IMG/VR virus record: IMGVR_UViG_3300031746_000007
Span: 20,669-84,668 of that record
Length of the DNA stretch: 64,000 nucleotides
Source of the DNA: a virus
Direction: 5' to 3' (one strand)
A program made the position numbers and the translations under genes. This document shows positions 19,110-27,826 of the stretch, in pieces (position 1 is the first letter of the stretch; each line of letters starts with the position of its first letter). A model generated the notes under the pieces. It was not told the origin of the DNA and ran no database searches. It worked only from the letters and a program-made list of their open reading frames with translations.

Positions 19110-19531
19110 TGCAGCGTCACCTTCCCCGGCATCTCCGGTACCTGGAACAACACGGGGTTCTTGTCTTCCGGCGGCGCCGAGATCTCGACGAGGCACCACG
19201 ACGGACACTTTGCCGCCGCGATCTCCGCCGCACTGCGGCAGCTGTCACACGCCCCGACGTCGGACACCTTGATCATCGGACCGTACTTCGTTGGGATCGT
19301 CGGCACCGTGCACGAACCATCCGGGTTCGACACCATGATCTGCGCGACGAACTCGGGGTTGCGCTGCACCAGCTCGTCGAGCAACACGAGCACGCGAATC
19401 CGCACCGACGCCGGTCGACCGCACTGCTCGCACCGCTTATTGAGAGCGGCGATATGCGTCTCGCGCGCTGTCATCTCGCCGCTCACGAACTTTCGAATGT
19501 GCTCCGGCGTCCGATTGTTCATCTTCTTCAT
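19106..19531 (-). CDS. Hypothetical Zn-binding protein
   Basis: CEQC and CDSC pairs; translationally coupled on both sides. Confidence 0.6.
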   Translation of the reverse strand: MKKMNNRTPEHIRKFVSGEMTARETHIAALNKRCEQCGRPASVRIRVLVLLDELVQRNPEFVAQIMVSNPDGSCTVPTIPTKYGPMIKVSDVGACDSCRSAAEIAAAKCPSWCLVEISAPPEDKNPVLFQVPEMPGKVTLQ

Positions 19532-19998
19532 CGTTTCGCTCCTCCTGCGAAAACAGGTTCACCGTAGATCTGACTCACCACTGACCAGCTCACAGCCATC
19601 GGACCGTGCCCGAGTCGCAACCCCCGATCATCGACGAACAAGTCGGCGATCGGTTTGCCTTGCGCCCCGTCGTCGATCGCATCGAACACCCCCGGCAGCT
19701 CCTTCGCGACAAAGTCGAGCATCTGTTGATAGCGCGCCTGGTTCAGAACCTTGTCGGCATCCCACGTTTTCTGGTGCACCTTTCGCACCCCCGCGCGCAC
19801 CATAGGGTCGAGCGCCGCATCCTCGCGCAGCGCTCGGTTCGCTCGAGCGGAGTACAGTAGCAGACTGTGCCCGGCCGCCTTGAGAGACGCTAGCCCGGCC
19901 TTCGCCCCGGGTACGAACATGAGCCCCGACGTGACGTCGTCGTACCCGCGCCCGTGCGCGTCGACGACGGTCCCGTCGAAGTCGACAGCGATGAGCAC
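19528..19998 (-). CDS. HAD-superfamily hydrolase
   Basis: LIAVDFDGTV motif I; YSAR; KP.ADLFVDDR. Confidence 0.8.
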   Translation of the reverse strand: MLIAVDFDGTVVDAHGRGYDDVTSGLMFVPGAKAGLASLKAAGHSLLLYSARANRALREDAALDPMVRAGVRKVHQKTWDADKVLNQARYQQMLDFVAKELPGVFDAIDDGAQGKPIADLFVDDRGLRLGHGPMAVSWSVVSQIYGEPVFAGGAKR

Positions 19999-19999
19999 G

Positions 20000-20500
20000 T
20001 CATCCCCCGAATCGCTTGTTCTTCTTCGAAGGCTTGACCTCGGGAACGATCTCCGCGTTCTTCACCACGTCCCCGCTCGTCGTGAGGATGCCGACCTCTT
20101 CGGTCGCGTCCTTGCGCGAGGTCGGGTGCGTCACCTCTTCGACCAGAACGGTCGGGACATTCTGCGCCACCGCCCGCACGACCGCCAGGAACAACCGATC
20201 CTTGACCTGTTGCTCCGCCGGCAGCTGCTCCCACGGAACGAGACACGGATGCTCGAGCGCCTCCGGTCGTTTGGCCGGTCCGTACTTCCACCCGGCCTTG
20301 AGCTTGTGCTCCATCCATTCAAAGTGACTCTGCTCCGGCGACTTGCCGGGGTCGGCGATCGCCGACGTGACGCCGGCGATCGCGCTTTCCCGCTGCCATT
20401 CCGGAGCGGCGTCCCACGACGGGATAGTGTGATCCCCGAGCGTCGTGCAGTAGGCACGGTTTGCTTCGTGAGCAATGCGCGCGATTTCTTCTGCGGTCAT
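20000..20500 (-). CDS. RyR-domain protein
   Basis: H..WM..K..AGWKYG.......HPCLVPW.QLP..QQ.KD. Confidence 0.85.
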   Translation of the reverse strand: MTAEEIARIAHEANRAYCTTLGDHTIPSWDAAPEWQRESAIAGVTSAIADPGKSPEQSHFEWMEHKLKAGWKYGPAKRPEALEHPCLVPWEQLPAEQQVKDRLFLAVVRAVAQNVPTVLVEEVTHPTSRKDATEEVGILTTSGDVVKNAEIVPEVKPSKKNKRFGG

Positions 20501-20509
20501 CGACAGCTC

Positions 20510-22261
20510 CTACTCTTCATACGACTCGGAACCAGAAGTCGGCTCCTCGGGGTACTGTTCCTCGGGGTACTGTTCGGGACCGCCCGGCACCCCCTCGCCG
20601 CCGAGCATGCCCATCGCTTGCTGCATCATCGCTTGTTGCTGCCCTTGCGCCTCGGATTTGAGACGCGCGATCAACGCCTGCACGTCTTCGACGTCGTAGT
20701 ATTCGGCGACGAACTGCACCGCGTGATCGAGGTCGAGCACACCCCCGGTGCGTGCGGCGATTGCCGCTCGAGTCGCCAGCTCGACGTCGGAGAGCAGCGG
20801 TTCGAAGTAGTGCGGCCACTGAATCGAGACCGAGCCACCCTTGCCGAGCTTCGGCTCGACGTAGCTCGTCTCGCCCGTCTCGGGGTCGATGACCTTGCGC
20901 TTCGGCAAGATCACGCCAGCGCGTACCGTCTCCCCGGTCAGGGGATCCGTGGTCTTCGTCTCCTTGAGCTTCTGAACCGCGGCGAGCATCATCTCCGCCA
21001 GAACGAGAACGAGCTTCTGCCCGTACTGCTCACGCAGCACGTCGGCCTTCGCCAGCATCGACGAGAACGCGCGCTCGATCTCCGTCGCCGTGCTCCGCGA
21101 CATATCCGGCCGCTCGAGCACGCACTGCGCACTCTCGAGCGTGAACCCACGCAACTGACCAGCCAGGTCGAGAGCTGCCTTCGGACCGGAGCCGGAGATC
21201 TCGATGTAGCTGCTACTGCTCCCGGTCGGCAGCTTGATCGCGTTGTCGCTGCCCTTCTTGACGTCGGACATTTCGGCGTCGGTGATGAGGCTCAGCGTCG
21301 GATCGCAGTTCGCCACGATGCCCTTGTTGGCTTGTGCGATGAGAGCGTCGATCGCCGCGATCATCTCGTAGACGCCGTGACAGTCGGGGTCGCCGTCGAC
21401 GTCGTCCTGCACCGGCAGGTTCTGCGCCCACACCACCGGGCAGAACCCGAGCCCGTGCTCGACTACCGTCGACCCGACCGCCGCCCAATCCGGCTCGTCG
21501 CCGTCGCCGACCGGCACCGGGTTGAAAAGCACGTCTTTCTCTTCGTCGATGATGCGCCGGTACCAGTACGCTTCCTCGCGCCACACGCCGGCAGCGTCGC
21601 GCTGCTCGACCGGGTACATGTAGCGCTTCTCGATCGACTTGAGCTTGTGCGTCATCCGGTCGGCGAACGTCGGCTGCACCCACCGGGGGTCATGCACCTC
21701 GATGACGATCCTGCCTTCGACAAACTGGAACCCGACGCACGCTGAGCCCATCGCTCCGCCGTACTGCCGCGCCAAAAGCATGAGCGCCCACAACCGCCCC
21801 GAGTCGACGAGCGCCCCGAGATAAGCCTCGGTGTCGGGGTCAGACTCGACCTTCAGAGTCGGGTGTCGCTTCTCCGAGAAGAGCAAGCCGGTGAACCGGT
21901 CGACGATGACGCGCACCAGCGGGTATGGTGCCGAGGGTCGACGGAACTTGATCGGCATCGTCGAGCCCGCGTCGTAGAACCCGGGAGGGATAGTCCCCTG
22001 CGACGCGATCGCTTCCGTCTCAATCGGATCGCAGGCAGTCCCACCATTCCAGTCCACCCGCCGACCGCTGTATGTCTCGCACCGATGCCATGCCCACAGG
22101 TAGTTCAGGCGTTGTTGTCGAGGGCTGAGCCCGAGCCGGGCAACCCGATCGTTCGTTTGCTGCGCAGTCTCGGCAGCACCTACGCTCTTCAGCGTCCGCT
22201 GCGCCAATCCGCCCAACAACCTCCGGACCAAGCCCGGCTCGTAGCTCGTGCCGCTGGACAT
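20510..22261 (-). CDS. Portal protein
   Basis: 583 aa downstream of TerL; IVDRFTGLLF, HGLGFCPVVW..N, TATEI. Confidence 0.85.
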   Translation of the reverse strand: MSSGTSYEPGLVRRLLGGLAQRTLKSVGAAETAQQTNDRVARLGLSPRQQRLNYLWAWHRCETYSGRRVDWNGGTACDPIETEAIASQGTIPPGFYDAGSTMPIKFRRPSAPYPLVRVIVDRFTGLLFSEKRHPTLKVESDPDTEAYLGALVDSGRLWALMLLARQYGGAMGSACVGFQFVEGRIVIEVHDPRWVQPTFADRMTHKLKSIEKRYMYPVEQRDAAGVWREEAYWYRRIIDEEKDVLFNPVPVGDGDEPDWAAVGSTVVEHGLGFCPVVWAQNLPVQDDVDGDPDCHGVYEMIAAIDALIAQANKGIVANCDPTLSLITDAEMSDVKKGSDNAIKLPTGSSSSYIEISGSGPKAALDLAGQLRGFTLESAQCVLERPDMSRSTATEIERAFSSMLAKADVLREQYGQKLVLVLAEMMLAAVQKLKETKTTDPLTGETVRAGVILPKRKVIDPETGETSYVEPKLGKGGSVSIQWPHYFEPLLSDVELATRAAIAARTGGVLDLDHAVQFVAEYYDVEDVQALIARLKSEAQGQQQAMMQQAMGMLGGEGVPGGPEQYPEEQYPEEPTSGSESYEE

Positions 22262-22264
22262 CGG

Positions 22265-22660
22265 TTACTCCTTCACAGGCTCCGGCACGCGACGCGCGAG
22301 CGGGCGATCCCCGAGCACGTCTGCCTTCTGCGCGAGGTCGACCGCGACCGAGGCGACGATCATCCACTTCTCGGATGACTCGGGCCGCGGGGGTTTGCCC
22401 TCGACCATTTGCTGCCCCTTCTCGTCCTTGGTGATCTTCTGATCGACCGGCTGCATCGCCAACATCGTGCACGCGCGCGCGACGTCGAGCATGCTGAGCG
22501 ATACGGTCTTCGCCAACACCGCGATCTTCTCGTCGAGCTGCCGGCCGATCGACACGATCGACACAGGGGTCTGCATCATCTCCGGCGGGATGCCCGGCAC
22601 CGCAGACAACCGCGCTGCCTGGTCGTGATTCAAAGCCTGCTTCAAGTCTTCGCCTTCCAT
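22265..22660 (-). CDS. Hypothetical protein
   Basis: AGGAGGAG RBS; between TerL and portal. Confidence 0.65.
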   Translation of the reverse strand: MEGEDLKQALNHDQAARLSAVPGIPPEMMQTPVSIVSIGRQLDEKIAVLAKTVSLSMLDVARACTMLAMQPVDQKITKDEKGQQMVEGKPPRPESSEKWMIVASVAVDLAQKADVLGDRPLARRVPEPVKE

Positions 22661-22680
22661 TGTCGTCTCCTCCTTGTGGT

Positions 22681-22709
22681 TTTCTACGCTACACTGCCCG
22701 ACCCGTCAA
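22681..22709 (-). promoter_or_regulatory. Promoter-like site
   Basis: TTGACG-N17-TAGAAA. Confidence 0.45.
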
Positions 22710-24160
22710 CGCGACGTGAGATCGACACGCCCCGTCTGCATCTTCTTCGAACCCATGCGAGCGCCTTCTCGGGCAAACCAGCTCGCCATGAGCGTGTCGC
22801 CGGTGTGCGCGTTGGGGTCGAAGAACAGCATTTCTTGAATCCACTGCGCGACTTCGGGGTGCATCACACCCCCGCCGTCGTTCGGGATGATCCACTTCCC
22901 GTTGCTCATCTCGACCGCGATCGACTCGACACCGAACTCCGGGCTCGCCTTGTTCTTGCCGGTCGTGAACGCCCGGATAGGGACCGCGCTGCCGGCGCGC
23001 GCGAACTGCAACAAGTAGTCCTGCGCCGCGTTGTTCTCGACGACCACAATCGAATTGTAGCGATGGTGTGTGTCGATAAGCCGGTTGACGATGTCCGGTC
23101 CCGCCCACTTGCCGGCGTCGATATTGATGAGCTGTCGGGATTCGTCCGGGTGCACGAAGATGGTAAACATCACCGTGCGACCGGCCGCCGCGTGCTTCTG
23201 CACCCCGAGGTCGACCCCCGTGAATGACCGCCCGCGAGTGACGCCGGCCATGATCGGCAAGAGCTTGAGCCCGCGCCCGCGCTCGAGACACAGATCGATC
23301 CAGGCTTGCTTGAACCGCGACTCGCTATCGTCGCGCGCCTGGCACATCATCTGCCGAGCGAACTCGAGCGGGCCCAGCTCGAGACGCCGCTCCTCGATGC
23401 GCGACTTCGGCCACCTCTCCGGCCAACGCGGCTCACCCGTCGAATCCATGACCGGATACCGGAGAGCCGTCCAGGTTGGTTGACGCGCGAACCGGTGCAA
23501 CGAATCGTCGGGATGATACGCGTTGCCGACAATCCACACCCGCGCGTCGCGCGTCAGTCGACCGATGAGCGTCGCGTGAATCCACTTCCAAAGGTCTTCG
23601 CGCGCCGCCGGCGTCCGACAGTTTTCATAGTCGAGGATGTCGTCGAAGATCAACAAGTCGATGCGTGCCCCGACTATGTTGCCGTGGATACCGCACGCCT
23701 GTAGCGAGGGGTCTTTGCCAACGACCGTGCGCTGCACGAACAAGTGATGCGACGTCCAGGGGTCGCCCTTCTTGAGGTGCGGGAACACCATCGCCAGCTC
23801 CGCCGAGCTTTCGATGTACTTCGCCACCGTCCGAACGATCTTCGCCGCCTGCTCGTGCGTGTTGCTGATCACGACGACGCGCGAATTCGGGTTACGCCCC
23901 AGCTCCCACAGCACGCGCCCGATCGAGACCTGTTGCGTCTTGCCGCCTTCGGTGTGGCTCCACAACAACAGTCGTCGATGCGACGACATGAGCCCTTGCC
24001 AGGCGACGTGCATCGGCGCCATCTCGATCGGCGCCCCCGTCATCTCGTCCTTGAGCACGAACTCCATGAAGGCAGAGGGGTCCACCCGCGCCGCTTGCGC
24101 GTGGATCTCCTGCGCCTGACGCAGTCGATCTAGGAACTCCTGACCGGCATCGTCGCTCAT
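22706..24160 (-). CDS. terL: Terminase large subunit
   Basis: Walker A-like EGGKT, GARIDLLIFDD Walker B, RNase H-like GVDLG, VENNAAQ, HTGDTLMA. Confidence 0.92.
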   Translation of the reverse strand: MSDDAGQEFLDRLRQAQEIHAQAARVDPSAFMEFVLKDEMTGAPIEMAPMHVAWQGLMSSHRRLLLWSHTEGGKTQQVSIGRVLWELGRNPNSRVVVISNTHEQAAKIVRTVAKYIESSAELAMVFPHLKKGDPWTSHHLFVQRTVVGKDPSLQACGIHGNIVGARIDLLIFDDILDYENCRTPAAREDLWKWIHATLIGRLTRDARVWIVGNAYHPDDSLHRFARQPTWTALRYPVMDSTGEPRWPERWPKSRIEERRLELGPLEFARQMMCQARDDSESRFKQAWIDLCLERGRGLKLLPIMAGVTRGRSFTGVDLGVQKHAAAGRTVMFTIFVHPDESRQLINIDAGKWAGPDIVNRLIDTHHRYNSIVVVENNAAQDYLLQFARAGSAVPIRAFTTGKNKASPEFGVESIAVEMSNGKWIIPNDGGGVMHPEVAQWIQEMLFFDPNAHTGDTLMASWFAREGARMGSKKMQTGRVDLTSR

Positions 24161-24675
24161 CAGAACTCGTGACCGCAGTTCGGACACGTGGTCAGCTTGC
24201 CCTCGCGTGCCGTGAACGTCACCTCGCGCGTCGCGTGCGAAGCCTCCGCCGACGCCTCGCTCGCCGTCTTCTCTGCCGCCGAGCACAGCTTCGCAATGTC
24301 GGCCGCATCGAACCCGGTGCTCTCGAGCAACCCGTCCGCGGTCTCATTGATCTCCTGTAAGAGGTCGGCGAGCTGCGGTCGGTTCCATTCCGCGGTCTCC
24401 GCGCTCCGATTGAGAGCTACCCCGAGAGCGATCGCCTTGCGGTCGTCGATGTCGAGGCGCACGATCTTGACGACCGTCCACCCCAGATCGCGCATGACCT
24501 GCAACCGACCGTTGCCGCCGATGACCCGCCCGGTCGACTTCTGCACGACGAGCGGCTCGACCTGCCCGAACTGCAACAGGCTCGCCTTGATCGCGGCAAG
24601 GTTGTTCGTCGGATGCTTCCGAGCGTTGCGCGGGTCTTCAGTCAGCGACCCGATCGGCATGACCTCGACGATCAC
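24160..24675 (-). CDS. ParB/Srx-like domain protein with C-terminal Zn ribbon
   Basis: PRNARKH...I..SL..FG.VEPLVV....VIGGNGR; CPNCGHEF. Confidence 0.85.
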   Translation of the reverse strand: MIVEVMPIGSLTEDPRNARKHPTNNLAAIKASLLQFGQVEPLVVQKSTGRVIGGNGRLQVMRDLGWTVVKIVRLDIDDRKAIALGVALNRSAETAEWNRPQLADLLQEINETADGLLESTGFDAADIAKLCSAAEKTASEASAEASHATREVTFTAREGKLTTCPNCGHEF

Positions 24676-24932
24676 GCGGCTGCCCGGCGCGGCTTCTCGA
24701 GCCACTCCTCGACCGGAATCTTGAGCTGCTTCTCGACGGCTACCGCGAGCCACAGAGGTATCGCGCGGTCACCCTTGAGGTACCGCGAGAACGCCGACAG
24801 CGACGCGCCGAGCTTCAACGCCAGCTGCTCGCACGTCAGCGCATCCTCCTTGAGCAAGAGCGTGACGATCCTCTCAGCCGCCCGCGAATCGGGCTTGAGC
24901 GTGATGTACCGCCCCGAAGTAGGTCCACCCAT
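24672..24932 (-). CDS. XRE-family HTH regulator
   Basis: LTCEQLALKLGASLSAFSRYLKGDR.IP. Confidence 0.8.
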   Translation of the reverse strand: MGGPTSGRYITLKPDSRAAERIVTLLLKEDALTCEQLALKLGASLSAFSRYLKGDRAIPLWLAVAVEKQLKIPVEEWLEKPRRAAA

Positions 24933-24934
24933 GA

Positions 24935-25294
24935 TCAACCTCCGCGTGCTTCCTGCACCCACGCTGCCAGCTGCGGCAGCCCATTGTCATCGACGAAAAA
25001 GCGCGGCAGCCCGAGCCGTCGCGCCTCCGCCTCTTCTCCTCGAGCGCCGGCGGAACCCTTCCACCGAGCCGTGAATACTACCGCGTGACACATCCGAAGC
25101 AGGTCGAGCGTTGCCTCGAGCCAGAACTGATCCGACAACGTCCGGTCATAGAACCGGTACATTGAATGCGGACACACCGGCACCGCACCCGTGAGCGCTA
25201 CGTGAAACGCGAGTGCCTCTGCCTCGCGCACGTTGCACTCGACCAGCCACCCCGACTCGGCTCGGAATGGCCCGGCTATGTAGACGCGTCTCAT
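24935..25294 (-). CDS. Nucleoside deoxyribosyltransferase-like (DUF4406/DUF1937-type) protein
   Basis: RVYIAGPF...PH....L.MC.AV.....W..S.GAR.E...A..LG. Confidence 0.75.
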   Translation of the reverse strand: MRRVYIAGPFRAESGWLVECNVREAEALAFHVALTGAVPVCPHSMYRFYDRTLSDQFWLEATLDLLRMCHAVVFTARWKGSAGARGEEAEARRLGLPRFFVDDNGLPQLAAWVQEARGG

Positions 25295-25302
25295 AACCAT
25301 AA

Positions 25303-25331
25303 CATTTACCACTCCGTTTGTCCTGAGTCAA
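25303..25331 (-). promoter_or_regulatory. Promoter-like site
   Basis: TTGACT-N17-TAAATG. Confidence 0.4.
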
Positions 25332-25350
25332 GCCCCTTGGCAAAAGAAAC

Positions 25351-26304
25351 CTACAGCCCGATCCCGTCCGCCGCGTTGTCGTCGAAGAGCCCGGCGTCGC
25401 GAATGTACCGGCGCACCATCGTCACCGACCGATGTCCAGTCTGGCCCATGATCGCGCGCTCCGACTTGCCTGCTCGAGCCGCCGTCGTCACGAGCCCGGC
25501 CCGGAGCGAGTGACCGGAGACCTTGGCCGGGTCTAGCCCGGCAGCCTTGGCCGCCGACTTGATCAGGTTCGCGATGTCCTTGCCGTCGAGCCGCAGCCCG
25601 GTCGACTTGCCATGCCTGGTCAGCCCGACGAACAGCGGGCCCGCTACGTCTCCGCGCTCGCCGAGCCACACCGTGACCGCGCGCACCGGGCAGAGCGACC
25701 CGCCGCGCGGGATGCCGACCTTCCGGCCGGCTCCTTCCTGGTCGGTCTTCGACCGCCGCAGCGTCACCGTGAGCCCATCCTCGGACGTCGCCAGGTCGAC
25801 GACGTCGAGCCCTACCAGCTCCGATCGGCGGAACGCACCGGCGAACCCGAGGAGGAGGATCGCGCGATCGCGCGTGCCCTTGAGCCCGGACGGAAGGGTC
25901 GACACCATAGCCCGGAGGTCCGACAGAACGATCGGCGCGACCTGCCGCTGAGCCGTGAGCTTCGTCCGGCGGATGCCTTGAAGCACCGACCGCACCGGTG
26001 CCGACGCTCGAGGAGAAGGATACCCGCCGGCGCGCTGCGCCTCAGAGATCGCGGCGAGAGCCCTCTCGATGGTCGCCACCTTGCGACCGGAATCGGCGAG
26101 CTTGGCAATGTAGACGGCTACGGTCTCCGGCGTCGCCGGCATGAACGAGAGATTGCGCGACCCGCACCACGCCGTGAACGCACCCCAGCTCGTGCGGTAG
26201 GCGCGTCGTGTCGCGTCCGACTTGGCCGCCTTGGCATAGGTGCGTGCCGACTCGAGCGAACGAGCTAGCGCCGCCGGTGCCGCGGGGATGAGGTCAGCAC
26301 CCAT
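25351..26304 (-). CDS. Tyrosine recombinase (Cre-like)
   Basis: RDRAILLLGF.GAFRRSEL, RSKTDQ, HSLRAG, GH.S..MV.RY: complete R-K-H-R-H-Y set; start overlaps the upstream stop. Confidence 0.93.
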   Translation of the reverse strand: MGADLIPAAPAALARSLESARTYAKAAKSDATRRAYRTSWGAFTAWCGSRNLSFMPATPETVAVYIAKLADSGRKVATIERALAAISEAQRAGGYPSPRASAPVRSVLQGIRRTKLTAQRQVAPIVLSDLRAMVSTLPSGLKGTRDRAILLLGFAGAFRRSELVGLDVVDLATSEDGLTVTLRRSKTDQEGAGRKVGIPRGGSLCPVRAVTVWLGERGDVAGPLFVGLTRHGKSTGLRLDGKDIANLIKSAAKAAGLDPAKVSGHSLRAGLVTTAARAGKSERAIMGQTGHRSVTMVRRYIRDAGLFDDNAADGIGL

Positions 26305-26635
26305 AACGCCGCTCCGATTCGCACTCGGCGCGGTACTCGTCATCCTCGGCGCACTTGCCCTCCCAGGCTTCGCGCTCCTCATCGGTCAGAGCCTTCACGT
26401 CGACGACCTTGACCTTGCCGGTGCCGTTGCACTCGTCGCAGGGTCGGTCGTAACCGCCGCGCATGTACTCGGCGAACTCGTCTTCGTCCCAGTCGCGTTC
26501 GCGGTCAGCCTCGGTGATTGCCCCGAGGTACGCACTGCTCTTGCCGTGACCGTCGCAGCTTCCGCAGATCTCCCAACGTGTCGGGAGCACCCGCTCGTTA
26601 CCGTCCGCATCCTCGATCGTGTAGTCCCGCGGCAT
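26294..26635 (-). CDS. Zn-finger (CxxCxGxG) hypothetical protein
   Basis: CGSCDGHG and CDECNGTG. Confidence 0.7.
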   Translation of the reverse strand: MPRDYTIEDADGNERVLPTRWEICGSCDGHGKSSAYLGAITEADRERDWDEDEFAEYMRGGYDRPCDECNGTGKVKVVDVKALTDEEREAWEGKCAEDDEYRAECESERRYGC

Positions 26636-26649
26636 CCTCGCCTCCTTCT

Positions 26650-26934
26650 CTAGTAGTCGCTTCCGAACCGCAACTCGCGCTCGATGTCGAGAGCGTCGGC
26701 GACCTCGTCGCCGAACATCGCGCGGTCTTCTTTCCAGCGGTTGTAGTCGGCGACGCCGGCGTTGTACTCGGCGTTGTCGCGAGCACGCTCGGGGTCACGC
26801 TCCACCGCTTCCGGCTCCGGGCAGCTCGTGTGCCGCGAACCCAGGCAGCGATCCCACATGATCTTCTCGCCAGCTTCGAAGCGCTCGTTGCACTTGCGAC
26901 ACTTGCCGGCGAACTTCGCAGTGATGATTCTCAT
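26650..26934 (-). CDS. Hypothetical Zn-binding protein
   Basis: AKFAGKCRKC..GEKI.W....H..C; first gene after repeat copy 1. Confidence 0.7.
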   Translation of the reverse strand: MRIITAKFAGKCRKCNERFEAGEKIMWDRCLGSRHTSCPEPEAVERDPERARDNAEYNAGVADYNRWKEDRAMFGDEVADALDIERELRFGSDY

Positions 26935-26955
26935 CGCCTTGCCTCCTCGATTGTC

Positions 26956-26991
26956 AGCTTCTCATTCTCCCCGTCACTTGTCAAGAGAATT
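26956..26991 (-). promoter_or_regulatory. Cassette promoter repeat 1
   Basis: AATTCTC TTGACA agtgacggg GAGAATGA GAAGCT. Confidence 0.85.
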
Positions 26992-27009
26992 CGTACCCCC
27001 GTATCCTGG

Positions 27010-27474
27010 TCACCGACCGGAGCCGCGGAGCATCGACTTCTCGGCGAAGCTCATCGTTCGCTCACCGGCGACGATCACGTGGTCGAGCACCGGGATCCCG
27101 AGAATCTTGCCGGCGTCGACCAGCCGACCGGTCAGCGCGACATCTTCGGCACTCGGTGTCGGGTCGCCTGAAGGATGGTTGTGCACGACGATCACGGCGG
27201 AGGCACCGAGCAGCACCGCGGTTCGAAACACCGTCCGCGGGTCGACCCCGACCCCGTCGATGCTGCCGCGAGCGACCTCGACGTAGCCGAGCACCCGGTT
27301 CTTGACGTCGAGCGGGAAGGCGAGAAACACCTCCTGCTCTTCACCCTCGAGCAGAGCCGCCGCGATGCTCGCCGCGTCCCGGGGCTCGCGTATCGGGGTC
27401 TCGTAGTCGACTTTGGAGTCAGCCGCCACCGGCACCCGGCGCGACCGCAGCTCGAGCTTCTTGACCGTCTTCAT
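27010..27474 (-). CDS. radC: RadC-like JAB-domain protein
   Basis: QEVF...LD.KNR...GS.....VDPR.VF..A....A..VIVVHNHPSGDPTPS.ED...LDHVI. Confidence 0.9.
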   Translation of the reverse strand: MKTVKKLELRSRRVPVAADSKVDYETPIREPRDAASIAAALLEGEEQEVFLAFPLDVKNRVLGYVEVARGSIDGVGVDPRTVFRTAVLLGASAVIVVHNHPSGDPTPSAEDVALTGRLVDAGKILGIPVLDHVIVAGERTMSFAEKSMLRGSGR

Positions 27475-27484
27475 GTCTCCTCCT

Positions 27485-27718
27485 TCAGCCACCGGCCCCG
27501 TAGGTCGTCTCGGCGAGAGCCGAGCCGGCGTCGATGGTCTCCTCGAAAGTCCGGGCTTCCTCGAGCCAGTCCCAGGTCTCGAGAGCCTTGGCGAAGGCGG
27601 CGCCGACCGGACACTCAGCCTTGTGGGGTTCGTGGGTGTCCCAGGAACCGCAGGAGCAGCGGCGACCGCGAAGCGTCGCTTTCATCAGCCGGCGAAGCAC
27701 TGAAGCGCGAGTCATCAT
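27485..27718 (-). CDS. Hypothetical protein
   Basis: AGGAGG RBS after repeat 2. Confidence 0.65.
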   Translation of the reverse strand: MMTRASVLRRLMKATLRGRRCSCGSWDTHEPHKAECPVGAAFAKALETWDWLEEARTFEETIDAGSALAETTYGAGG

Positions 27719-27737
27719 GGCGACCTCCTACGCTCAG

Positions 27738-27772
27738 AGTGTCTCATTATCCTGTACAGTTGTCAATAGAAT
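27738..27772 (-). promoter_or_regulatory. Cassette promoter repeat 2
   Basis: ATTCTA TTGACA actgtacag GATAATGA GACACT. Confidence 0.85.
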
Positions 27773-27826
27773 ATGGCACACCGCGCCCCCTGTTTTTTCT
27801 TAGTGTTTTCGTGCTAGATCTCACAC

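Noticed and set aside
140-24133. Long plus-strand ORFs (e.g. 5031-7073, 9853-11331, 18030-19805, 19751-21745)
   Set aside because: Antisense shadows of real minus-strand genes in GC-rich DNA; Arg-rich, with no motifs or RBS.
25351-26304. Lysogeny integrase with attP or a prophage boundary
   Set aside because: Phage genes continue on both sides, and no att core, tRNA fragment or host genes are visible; a role as dimer resolvase remains possible.
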